Assembly: GCF_902459465.1 (NCBI RefSeq)
Contig: NC_047062.1
Span: forward strand, 29,698,001-29,762,000
DNA from: Asterias rubens
Taxonomy: Eukaryota
DNA: 64,000 nt
Direction: 5' to 3'
The position numbers and the translations under genes are program-made. The notes below the pieces were generated by a model. The model saw only the letters and a program-made list of their open reading frames with translations. It had not been told where the DNA came from and did no database searches. Every line of letters begins with the position of its first letter. Position 1 is the first letter of the stretch. Positions 13,062 through 25,081 of this stretch are shown one piece after another.

Positions 13062-13699
13062 TTATGGGAAGTGGTTTGGGGCACTTGGACTCAGAATCCT
13101 AATTGCCCCTCCCCCTTGTCCCCCACCACGAAAAGAATGCAGGCACTCGGAATAAACATTCATTCTGCATTCTGTCTCAACTGTGCGTTTAAAATATACA
13201 CGTACAACCTATATATTTCTTATAATGAGATCCAAGCTATTTTCATTGTAGAACGAACTTGACTTAACATTAACGTGTGAGATAATGGTGGGGGTCTGAG
13301 AAGGATGGCTGCCGCATAGGCCTAGCTTAAATTTGATTTCGTCAAACCATGGAGGTAGTCAAACTCGATTGAAGTAATACAAAATTACCTGGTCCCGAAT
13401 GCACAGCCTGTATTAAGCACAAAAACTTGCTAAGCACAGAAAAAAAGTTTCTATCTAACAGAAGAACATTACCAGCCAAAAGGCCTAAGTTAGCATTGAT
13501 TTGACTCGTGCCCCACTCATCTTTTTCTTAGCAAAGAAGTTTGTTGAGCAATATCTGCTAAACAGCTTTATGGAGTTGGGCCCCGACTGGAGTAGGCCTA
13601 CCATTATGGTGCTCTGCACGAGAGACTACGAAACTCTAATACAGTCCCGCGAAAGACATTGAACGACTTGTACACAAGTCTAGAGCTATTAGCTGCGAA

Positions 13700-13765
13700 C
13701 TTTGTCATCCCAGCATGCATTGCAATAAAGCAAGATGGCGGCGCGTTGTGGTTGTCTAGGAACCG
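13700..13765 (+). promoter_or_regulatory. Probable FSIP1 core promoter: Staf/ZNF143-like, YY1 and RFX X-box motifs
   Basis: ATCCCAGCATGCATTGCA (13707-13724), CAAGATGGCGGC (13731-13742) and GTTGTCTAGGAAC (13751-13763) in a CpG-enriched patch 1.3 kb upstream of the acceptor at 15047. Confidence 0.55.
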
Positions 13766-15057
13766 TCAATCGTACGAATAGAGGCAGTTGAATTTGGGCT
13801 GAAAATTCATCATTTTGTTAAGTTTGTTTGCGTTTATTAAATGTGAGTGATCAAAGGGGGTATTTAGAAACATTATGGTCACGAGATTACTTCCGATACG
13901 TTGGTGTCGCCTGTTGGAACAGTGTATTTTTAAACCGTTCTCGAACGCGACCGACCGGCGATTTCTCCACGATCAATCTTACGAACTTTAGAAAGTTTAG
14001 TTGCGATGATCGTTAGTTTTTTCAAAAAAGAATGTCCCGTTAAAGGGATTAGTAGTGTTAGTAATATTATATTTAAATGCCAACATCTGTGGATAAATCC
14101 TTTCTGATTTCAGTTACTTACTAAACCCTTATTACAAACAAAGTGTTATTATTATTATTATTATTAATATTAATATTATATACTTTTTTTTCTGACAGTG
14201 ACACAGCAGTGGTGACACTGACAGATACTTTCTAACATTTTATTTATAAATATATGTTCTACTCTTCTCACATTTACATTCAATTCAACAGTATTAAACA
14301 AATTTAAAAAAAATCTAAAATCAAATCAAATGGCATTAACATTCTACAAAAACATGACTTTGTTTTGTTCTTTGCAAATGAAATAATTATCTCATTTTTA
14401 AAAAGTGGATTAACCAACCAAGATAAATGAAATGGTTGTTTTTTACTTGTTTATTATGAATATGATATTTAATATGAATATGATATTTGAAAATCAATGC
14501 AGTCAGCTCTCCAGTCATATTCATAATTAACAATAACATTGTCGACTGGCGACTACCAACTCTTGGACAAGTTCAAATCTGGCCAAGCTAATCGCTGATT
14601 TCACAGTGACTAGGATATCATTGCCATCTTGTTACTGAATGAAAATCACTGCTCTCTAGCAATGCAATGGTTATGGGTTGGAATCCCTCCCGTCCTGTGA
14701 GATTTGCCTCGATCTTGATTAAATTATTTAGCAGTTTTTTTCTAGGAACAACACTCAATATAGGCCTGTGCATTTTTTGTTTACAGAACTCAGGAAACAC
14801 TGAGTATAGAACTACACATTTGTGTTTATAATCTTAGACGTTAAACCAATATTTGTATCAGAGAAATTGGCTGTCGCCAGCTCGGCGTTTTTATTCTTTA
14901 GGGGGAGCTTTGCCAAGTATCGGGAGGATCCTCTAAGTCTAAATGAACAAATAAACAAACAGAAAAATTGTTTACCTTGTCTTTGATACAGCCAGTTTCT
15001 TAAGCACTATCAGTATAATGAACTCCTTTTTCTCTTCCCTCATACAGAATTCTAGCG

Positions 15058-18000
15058 ATGGACATCACCAAGGGTAACCTAGATGAGATTTCTCGTCCAG
15101 CAAGCAACCATCGCAATCACCACAGACCGGGCAGTCGTGTCTCACTAAAGGCACCGTCGTCTGCAGGGAGCGCACGGCAAGGGATCGACATCAACAACTC
15201 CCTTGAGATATTACCACCCGAATCTCCTATTGTGGATCAACAGGTTAGAAGCAAATCAAATGCAGTTAGAAATGTAATGTTAGACCCTTGTCACACGAGG
15301 CAACTTTTACAGGCAACTTGGAGGCAACCTACCGCAGTGCATGCTACAGGACCACTTTGGTAGCACAGGAGTAATTTTTCTAAAATGTCTTGCAATCAAC
15401 AAACAAAATGCCTTTTCTTCTTGGAGATTGCCTGGAACTGGTTGCCTGTAAATTGCCTCGTGTGACATGACCCTAAGGCATGAACATTTTAAAGGCCATA
15501 GCATCCACAATCAGGTTGTACTAAAATGCTCATAAGGTCCACAAACTGTCGGAAGGTTTAACCTACTTCCATGACAAGTTCTTTCTCCTTCCTACAGGTT
15601 TTTGATCTGGAGGTCGTGGAGCTGTTTTCTTCTGATGGCGACAGTGAATGCGGTGACAACAGCAATTCTGATAACAATGAAGGTACAATGCAAATATTAT
15701 TTCATTTTCTTGGGAGCAAATTCATTTTGGCCCAAATAATAGTTTGCTTAATCACTGGGTCAAACATTTCAATCTTAAGACTCCAAAGAGGATATTGGAG
15801 GATTGAGGTCACCTGTAGGCAAGTGGTCCAGAAGCATTACGGCAGTAACGCTTCTCAGATTCAAATTTTTGCCATCAAAACTTACATCTTTTTACATAAA
15901 CACATTTCTTGAAAGGGAAATGTTTCTACCAAATGCTGCTGTACTCTTCTAACCAAAGATTTTTATTGCCATTTATTGTAAGAGTGGTTACCAAAGGTTG
16001 ACCTTCCCTTTAACACAAGTCACAATATCTAACCACGCATCTTCACTATGTCTCTGTATGCAAATTATCCCTTTATAAAGACAATAGTCCGCCACACACC
16101 AACTCAAACACTCACAACAACAATGGTTCGACGGAACACCCAAAGAGTGATAAAGACTCCCCTGAAGTCTCCTCAGCTAGATCCGACCCTTTGGATGAGA
16201 TACAAGACCCTAAGGTCCGAGAAGGGATGAGGAAGATGCAACAGCTTGATCGGATCCTGGCCAAGAGAGTTATCAAGGTGTGTAAAGAGTGTATTAACAA
16301 TAGTTATGATCATTGTTCTTGGAGTTTAATTTATAGCCTCAATATTAATGTTGGTGTACATATATCAAGCAGTCAAGCTCACTGGACTTGAGGTCTGAGA
16401 AGGGGTTCTCCCCAGTGTTTCTTTTTTGATTGGCTGCATATTGCGCCACAGAACCTTGTAAACGATTACATGGTGCTATGTTCAGAAAAGAGGTCTCAAT
16501 ACTGAATGTAGGAGCGCCATGGGCGTCATTGATTGACTGATATGAGCGCTATATACATGTAAGATACCGATATTGCTATTATTATAAACAAAATGTTAAC
16601 TTGATTTGAAAGTACACAGAGCCAACTGTAGACATTTCCACCTCTTGGCCAAACTAGGTTCCTATTTATTTTTTAGTTACGTTTCATAAAGCTGCTGACT
16701 CAATTTCTTGAGTTACTCATTACTCATTACAAAATCACTTCCACCTCTTGCCCATTCTGTGCTTTTCATGAAGCTGTTTCAAGACTCGATTTCTTGTTCT
16801 TATGCATAACTCATAACTCATTACTCATGATTTGTCTAGGAGAAGGAAGTGAAGCGGCAGAGGTTGAAAGCCCACAAGGATCTCGAGAGAGAGTTACAGG
16901 GTCTGAAGCCAGAGGGGCGCGACGAGCAGAGAGAGGTGACTGAGAATACCTGTCGCTTTCTAGCTCTGGTACCTCCCCCAAGTCACAGTGAAGGTAAGAG
17001 TAGAGATGCAGTCAAGATACTGTGACCCAAAAGAGCCATACAAATTTGGTGCGTTTGTGGTATGCGTAATCGGCGCCCGCTGGAGACATACGTGATCACT
17101 TGCAAACGCCCACATCTTGGTTTTTCTAAATTAAATGTGTTTAAAGTTTGCAGAGTTTTTTTAATGTGGAGTATCTAGACGACACCTGAACACACCTCTG
17201 GTGGGGTTCAAGTCCATCCTTGCCTGTGCACACTTTATTGAACCACTGGTTCCGCTCCCACCACCCAGTGCTGCTGCTTTGAGTTCAGACATATCACAAC
17301 CTGATCATTCTCGGATGTTGTCTACCCAGCGCATCTTTCGTTGTCCCAATGTGGTTCTGAAAACGTTTGAATATGCCGGGTATATTCCAGATACAATAGG
17401 AATCAAATGATTTTTGTTTGTTTGTTGTTCAGGTGTTGGGATTGAAGAGGAGCTGCTGGACCCTGTGTTCCAGACTCAGCCTGCTGAGATAGATTCTGCT
17501 CGGAGTGCTGCCGACTCCGTTAATACAAACCAAGGAAGCAAAGGGGGTAAGAGACTTAATACTGATGGACATCATAATTCTCTTGGGTTTTGCCTCCCAC
17601 ATCTAAAACAGTTTAACTTCCGTCTGTGTTGTTTCTCCATTTGGTTCTTGGCTAGTACAAGTATTAAGTTTGCCTTTCTACGGGTCGTTGGCTTCACAGC
17701 CAGAATAAATGACACTAAATCATAGAGCTATATATATTGACTAGAACGCTAACACCCCGTTACACACGCACTAAGGTTTTGAAGCTGTGTGGGCGCATCA
17801 ATGTTTATGTACAAATCAATACAAAAGCTTGAAATTTTGTACGCCAATTGTACGGCTATTTGCATGATAGTGCGTAAGTTCTTTTTTATGTGTCATCGAA
17901 CCAAAAAATGCAGCAAATGTGAACGCACAGTCTGCTGATGAGCGTACAAAACTGCGGCAATGTGTGTTCTCTTGAATTTAAAATCGTTCCGTAGTCACGC

Positions 18001-21000
18001 AACACATCAAACATGTCTGCGCTCAGGGTGGCTCCAAAATGCGGAGCAAGTTAGCGCTCTAGTCAATATATATAGCTCTATGCACTAAATGGAAATCAAA
18101 TGACATTAACATAGCGCCAGTATCTACCAATTGTGACGCCTATGGCATTTGAACACTACAACCCCCAAAACGGTGCCACTTATTTAAACCCTGAAACCAT
18201 CCCAGCACCCTGGGGAGTATAGCTTATGCTGCCAAATATGTAGCGCATCAGGCTAAATCAGTCACAAGAACCCTCTTTGCCCTCACAGGTACCCATTTAC
18301 CCCTGGGTGAAGAGACAAATATAGTTTTATTGCTCAATGATGCAAGTGTCAAGACCTGGTGTGAACCCACACCCCTATGACTTAGTAACAGAACTTAATC
18401 GGATTCACAATCAAAACCAAAGTTCAGGACTATGTGTTTACATGCTGAATATTGGCATTTTTTCACTATTTTCTCCTGAAAATTCAGCCCAAAATTTCCG
18501 CATGTTCATTGTTTCATGTATAACGGTTTGGTTACACAAACATTAACACTCGCTGCGACTCTGTCGCTTTCTATTGTTCCTTTGATATAACTAGGTTCTG
18601 GCTCCCAGCCTGGTAACAACACAAACAGGAGCAGCCAGGCAGAAGGTGGTGGTGAACACGCTGGCGACGCAAAGACCAAACGGAGAAGAAAAGGAGGTTC
18701 AAAGGGCAAAGGTCAAGATGGGAAACATGCAGGAGATAATGACTTTATTCAGAGGAATATAGATGTAGGTTTTCAGAATGTTATTCGCTTAGGGGACATT
18801 GCCCCAGAATATAATCATGAGGTGAAATGTGGACTTTTCCCATTTCAATGAAAAAAAAAATCAGATTTCACTTAGTGATCCTGTAGTCTGCCACAGTGCA
18901 TGAATGAAATGCATTTCGATATTTGTTTTTTAAAACAATCTTTTAAGATGATGTCACAATACAAATCACTATGGCAATACATACAACTCAATTTATAATG
19001 AGTCTTAGTGCTTGGTGAAATCGAACCCTGGACTCAAACTCTGTTATTTCTGATCAGCAGAGTGTTGGTTTGCATCCTGGTCTTGATACTTGTGTTCTTT
19101 TCTCAAGAAACACCAAATAGACACAGCAACTTGTGCACCCCACCTTTCAACAAAATTTCAGTTTAAGTTAAAACAACAAGTTTTTTGTTCAGAAATTGTG
19201 TGCAAGATTATATTGGGTTAGTTTTCGATTAAAGAATGGGATTTGTGACCGAAAAAGAAATGATATTTTAAAATAATAATAATATCAAATAATAATATCT
19301 AAGTCTCATATAGCGCACGTATCTACCAAACAAGGTACTCAAGGCGCTGAGTATATACAATCATTCAGAAAGATAGGATATTGCAGTGATGAATTCTGAG
19401 ACCCTATTATTTAGCACCTTATAAGGGTTTACAAGGTGCTACGGCACATACAGCAGCCACAGCCAGGAACACCGGGCGAACCCCTTCTCTTTTCGATAAG
19501 TGTACTGGGTTCTTTTACATGCATTACACAACACATGGGACCACGGCTTTATGTCCCATCCGAAGGACGAAGCAATGGTTAAGTGTCTTGCTTAAGGACA
19601 CAAGTGTCACAACTCAGGATTCGAACCCACACTCTGCTGATCAGAAACACCAGAGTTTGGATTCGGTGCTCTTAACAGCTCGGCCACGACACTTCCACAG
19701 AATGACTTGAGCTTCGCTTTCTTGGTTTTTGATTCTTTCTGTAGTTGGCCACTGATGCAGGGAATGTGATTGCAATGACCGATGATGAGAAAAAGCGTCT
19801 TGAAGAACTACTGCAAGATGTTGAGATGTTGGTTGACGATAACGAAAAGGTAATAATTGAATCTATGATTAAAGGCAACCGTTCAAAAAATAGTTAATGG
19901 CCTGATGTTTCGACCCTCGCATTCATAATTTCTTAAAGGCTAAATAACAGCACAGCAAACCTGAACAGGTAACTAAGTGTAACATAAGCAGTGAAGTGGA
20001 AATATGAATAGAGAGAGGGAGAGAGTCAGAAAGCAGACAGAAACAAGCAAAGGGTTAACAATGAAAATGGAGACGAAACAAAGTCAATTAACATATATAG
20101 CAAGAGAGTTCTCTAAATAACAACATCTACCTGGCAAACCAAATATATATTGATACCTCACCATGCAATACCTCAAATCCCATTAACAATGACTTGTTAC
20201 CAATTCCTTGTTCTGTTTTCCTAAGAACTGAAAGAAATAATAATATTGTGAAGCAATGCTCACTTCAGAATCCAAACAAAGTTTCTTCGAATTTGACCCT
20301 CAGATGGAGAACACTAGAGGCATGAACGCCCTTCAAGTATCGGCTGGGTTTGGGTACATACCTGATGCTAACGAGCAACAGGCTCTTCAAGATATTGATA
20401 ATAAACTCAAGGCGCTGCTACCTGCTGAGGACTTTGAACGAATCAGCACAACTCCCTCCCAGGTAGGCACAGTACACCATAAGATCATGGGCCAATTTCA
20501 TAGAGCTGCTTAAGCAAAAAAATTTGCTTAAGCACGAAAATAGCTCGCTTATTTTACACATGTTACTGGCCAAAATTTCATACCATATGCATTGCTTGTG
20601 ACTGGTATTTAGCTGTTGTTTACTTAGCATAACAATTGAGTGGAGTATTGGCCGGTAATCTGATTTTCTTAAGCAAGGATTTTTTTGCTTAAGCAAAATT
20701 TTGTGCTTAAGCAGCTCTATGAAATTGGCCCCATAAGGTCAATCTCGTCCCCAAGAGTGATCGATCTCGCCGCACCATTTTTTATCCCAGCATGCGCTGC
20801 TCGCTCTTATCCCCTGGTATTGGTTAATTAAAATGTGCCCTCTGGATAGCTGTTCGGTAGCTGTGAGCTCAGCGTCCCTGTAGAGTTTCTCGTTATGCAA
20901 GGGGTCTATTGATACAGTTTCAGCACGTACAAGCTTGTGCGCGGAGTGCCAATGAAACTAAGATGCATTTCCATGCGATTCAGCGTAAAGTGCACACACT

Positions 21001-24000
21001 AGTTGTACACAATGTATGCTGGTTATGGGGCCATTTATTCGCTAGTTTCCAGAGCTGATCTGTTTATCACTCACAATACAAGTGATCGGGTTTTGACCAA
21101 TCAGAGTCATGTAAAGTGCATTGATACTGCTGTAACATGCCCTATAGAGGAACTAGTTATTATTTAAAGATTTTTTTTTTCTCATTCCATTGTTTTTTTT
21201 GGGTTTTTTTTCAAATTTAGGAGAGGAGCTATTTCTACAAGGACATTGACCTTGGTGAGAAGATCCTACGAGATGCTAAGGGTGAGAGACTGCAGCAGGA
21301 CCGACTCAAGATTATTGAAGATGAACTGACGACCCTTGAAAACCGTGTAGAAAATGAGGTGAGTGAGAATAAGATATTTGCGAGTTAGATTTGAATAACA
21401 TGTGGTACAAGGGTTGTGAAACTAGCATAACAAATCCTGGAGATAGACATAGACGGGGGATGAAGTTTGTAAAGAAAGTGTGTCATGGTCGAGGGGTTCA
21501 ATGGGAGACTTTCTGGGACGATAGAGGGCAGCAGACTTACCGGGTAAATCCATTGTTCTCAGAATTATGCGCATGTTTAGAACTACGTAAACAATAGACC
21601 TTATCGCAAATACCAATGCGCAAGCGCAGACTGTTGAATGAGGTGCATTGTGGGATATATATGGATCAAATTTGGATACCAACTAGACCACAATGCACCT
21701 AATTCCAAGCTTTACGCGCGCGCCCCGGTATTTGCGAAAAGGTCTATGGAAATTTACCCGGTATGTCTGCTGCCACCTAGCGTTGGAAAGTCTCCTATTC
21801 CCAGTCATAACACCTGTGTCCTTAAGCAATAATTATAGACTTATAGACTCATGTACTTCCTTATTTTTATGGCTCCTTTGAGGTTCCTGGTTTCACTACA
21901 GTTCTGTGCAATATTCAAATAACTGTATTCTTCTTGGCTTTGTAGGTCTAAAAGTATTAAGGTATAAGGAAGAATTAGGGGGAAGATGATTGGCCTCGTA
22001 CCTTTTTGAAAGGAGCGAAGATTTGTGGTCTTTTCTGGTTGATCAATTTTTTATACAAATTTGCTGCCAGGCTCTTTTTGGAATTTTAATGAATTTTCTA
22101 TAGATTTTATGTGTATTTATATTTGATATGGTATTTGATGTGCTATTTCCCAAATTTTTATGACGTTTTTTATTGTCTGGATCGCCTTTAGATAGTGATT
22201 ATTTTCGCTTTTTGGTTATCCGAAAGGCTTGTTCTCTATGCTGTCATATTTTTATTGCCTTTTCTTTGTATAAACTGTTTGCCTGGAACTAAATAAATAA
22301 ATAAATAAATAAATAGATGCTTCTCTTTACCCAGGGGTGGAAATGGGTACCTGCAAGGGTATAGGTTGATATTGTGTTTGAAAAGCCTTTAGAGCGCCGC
22401 GACAGCAAATTAATATATATATTTGTTGTTTATTAAACACAAACAGTTGGTGACTCTGCAACTTATAAATGTTATGTTTTATAATTACATTGTGTCGCCA
22501 CGGACATCAATATTTTTTAATTTAGCAGACGACTGAGCCGTCTGTGGAAGTCCTGCCAACATTTGACTTTAGTTTTCAAGGGGCAAGCGAAAGTACCACA
22601 GCGCTCCAATTGCCTTGGTTATGGCTACCACAAGTGTAAAGAACTGGTACAAACAGGGAAGCCAATCAAATGCACCCAATCAGATTTGTGGGTGTTTGCT
22701 GTCTTTTACGTGACCATGCAAAAGCTTTCCTAGAATCCCGCGACTTAGTACACTGTAGAACATCTGTCAGAAAACCACAAGATTTGGCAAGTTTGTCAAC
22801 AGTTTCTCCTTCTTTGGTATTTGTCTTTTACTAGATCTACAAGTCTCCTCGTATGTCCCAAGAGAACCTGTCTGATCTGCTGGAGCAGTGTTCAGAGCTG
22901 AGCTCTAGGGCGGCAACAGAGACGGATTCAATCCTTCAGGTTTCACCACGGTCTGGCCGAGCCTTGTCTGCAGTCGACGAGGAAGATTATGATGCACAGG
23001 TGAGCTCTTGACTATGGAAGTCTTTTGTTTGGTAATACGTCACCGTCATATTAATTGGACAGAGGTCAGCGATTACAAAAAAGTAACACACTGTTTGGCA
23101 GGCCTGATACCACAATACTTCATGGAGGCAAGGAAGGCGATTGTCTCCATGCCGCCTGGTCAATGCCTTTGTGCCCTTGAAATGCTCCAGTAGGATTTCC
23201 TCATAGGGTGCCCTTTACCAAGGAGAAAATGCCTTGGTGCCCTTGCCCTTTCAAAAACGAAGCATACAGGCCTGGTTTGGCAATGTTCCACACCCTTGAG
23301 GGAACAACATACCCCATCACTCAGGGAACTTCATTGGCTACCAATTACAGAAAGGATTTGAACCCCTGAATGTGAGGTCAAACGCTCAAAAAGCACCCTT
23401 ATTGGGGTCAAAAAGCGCCCTCACTGGGGTCAAAGGAGGCAAATGATTGGACCATGGCTGTTCTTTGTGCTTAAAAATGTGCGCGTGACCTTAGCGTCCT
23501 TGTACATTTCGCGTTATGCAAGACATCTATTGGATCGAAGGGACTTCTCGTTACAAACTTCACTACCACAGAGTGAGTTCTTAATTGGTCTCAATGTTTC
23601 GACTAGCTTACTCTAGTCATCATCAGGAGACTGTCTCTCATTGTTTGTTGTTATGTTTCAGGAGGAAACTCCAAGACTATCAGATGATACACTGCAGAGA
23701 CTCTTGGCCGAAGCCAGGGAATCTTGTCTATCGGAGAGTCGACTCAGCGACCTCACCCCTGTGAGTTCGCTGGACACACAGCAGATGACTGCTAGGTCAG
23801 AGGACAGCAACCCAGCATGTAAGTACCTGCGTGTCAACACCTTGTTTACAAGAATGTAGTGCGTAAAGTTCTCACTTTTTACCAATGTGGCCCTGGTTTG
23901 ATTCCTGGCCAAGGCCATATGTGAGAAGAGTCATGCATTGGTTCTCTCCCACGACACAAACGGGTTTTGAGCTGTGCTCCGTGTTTATACATGTGTTGAT

Positions 24001-25081
24001 GTGGCTGGCTGTTGTAGGCGCCCTGGCATGCCAGCAGCTTGAACACGTTGTAGTAGCAGCATCCTTCGCAATTGAGCTTCTCAGCTGCAAGGAAGGATGA
24101 TTTAATAATAGCCTGCTAAGTTATTATTATTGTTATTTTATTTCAACAGATGCTGTGGTCTCCCAAAGCTCCATCAGAGAGTTGCTTAGAAACCCAAGGG
24201 CCACATCCACTGCCGTTTCTACAACCGGTCTGATCATGGACATCGCCGGAAGGAACCCAGATGCAGAGGAGGAGAATGACATCATGAGAAGGTCAATGGA
24301 AGAGGATGCATCCAGAGTACAGAATGGCATCGGCAATGGTTACAGTGAGCCAGCCGAGGGTCTTGGGTATGGTGCTTATCCAGACAGACCCTCTAGTAGA
24401 AATGGCGACAGGAAGCAGATGGTGACTGAGAAGCTATGGGAGGCTTCTTCAGCACCTCGACATTCCCTGCAGTCGCCACAGCCTCCAGCGTCCACCAAGA
24501 GAGTCTCAGATAAGCAGGCCTCGAGGCAAGCGGCCTCTAGCTTATCACTTAGAAGCTTTACAAATAGCACTGACTTTGGTGCTAGCTCGCCAGAACAAGT
24601 AACTCTTAGAAGTACCCTTCGGAGCACAGTTCCTGAAGCGTCGACATCTAAGAATCCAAGGAGGTCCATGGAATCACCTGAGCTCTCCACCACATCCTTA
24701 AGGAATTCTTCCATGAGATTCAGCTTAGAAGAATCCAATTCCCCACAGCCTCCGTCGTCAAGACAAACAAACCGCAGCGGGAGGTCTCGGAAGGCTAAGC
24801 AGCAAGCCCAGTCAAGTCTGGATTCCAGGATCACCTCCTCGATACGAACTGACTCACAGGCCTCAACCAACACGCTGGTTTCATCATCAGACTTTGAGTA
24901 TGAGGATGATGACGAGGTGTCTAACCAGCTGTTGACCCGGTCAATTGAGGTCAAAGATCAAAGGTCACAGGAAGCTGGTTTTACTAAAGCTTCAAGTATT
25001 CAGCAAAGTGTCACAAGAGGCATCGCCCGATTTGAGACGAAAGAGTTTGATAAAGAGAGATTTAGTCCTCCACTGGTCTGA
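15058..25081 (+). CDS. FSIP1: Fibrous sheath-interacting protein 1 homolog, 853 aa, 12 coding exons
   Basis: join(15058..15243,15598..15682,16081..16277,16840..16993,17433..17546,18595..18764,19745..19849,20304..20462,21221..21358,22835..22999,23662..23818,24150..25081). All GT-AG, phases consistent, 2562 nt. Blocks match vertebrate FSIP1 as I recall it: MDITKGNLDEISRPAS, KMQQLDRILAKR..EKEVK, ENTCRFLAL, NDFIQRNIDLA, DEKKRLEELL, LQDIDNKL, GEKILRDAK. Confidence 0.9.
17721..18082. mobile_element. MITE with ~33-bp TIR and 8-bp TSD (P- or hAT-superfamily)
   Basis: CACTAAAT-[CATAGAGCTATATATATTGACTAGAACGCTAAC ... GTTAGCGCTCTAGTCAATATATATAGCTCTATG]-CACTAAAT. Confidence 0.85.
19275..19697 (-). mobile_element. 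tRNA-derived SINE, near full length; relatives at ~18195-18400 (-) and 44295-44597 (-)
   Basis: Head GTGGCCGAGC..GTTAAG (A box) and GGGTTCGAATCC (B box), central GTGTCCTTAAGCAAGACACTTAAC, (TAT)n tail. Confidence 0.75.
20489..20731. mobile_element. PIF/Harbinger-like MITE, 3-bp TSD
   Basis: cat-GGGCCAATTTCATAGAGCTGCTTAAGCA ... TGCTTAAGCAGCTCTATGAAATTGGCCC-cat. Confidence 0.8.
21499..21800. mobile_element. ~140-bp foldback MITE family (interrupted copy); other copies at ~32980-33120 and ~48006-48145
   Basis: Arms GGCAGCAGAC(T/A)TACC(G/A)GGTAAAT / ATTTACCCGGTA(A/T)GTCTGCTGCC shared by three loci. Confidence 0.75.
21596..21745. mobile_element. ISL2EU-like MITE (AT TSD) nested in a foldback MITE
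   Basis: AT-[AGACCTTATCGCAAATACC ... GGTATTTGCGAAAAGGTCT]-AT. Confidence 0.75.
23588..23631 (-). ncRNA. Minimal type I hammerhead ribozyme-like motif (Penelope/retrozyme-type) in FSIP1 intron 10
   Basis: Minus strand reads GTCTC CTGATGA T GACTAG agtaag CTAGTC GAA ACAT T GAGAC: perfect 5-bp helix I, 6-bp helix II and conserved core. Confidence 0.65.

Noticed and set aside
20256-20303. Upstream acceptor (CTTCAG at ~20268) for FSIP1 exon 8
   Set aside because: It gives phase 1 whereas the preceding donor is phase 0; the acceptor at 20303 fits.
24376-24954. 192-aa antisense ORF
   Set aside because: Complement of the Ser-rich FSIP1 last exon; low-complexity artefact.
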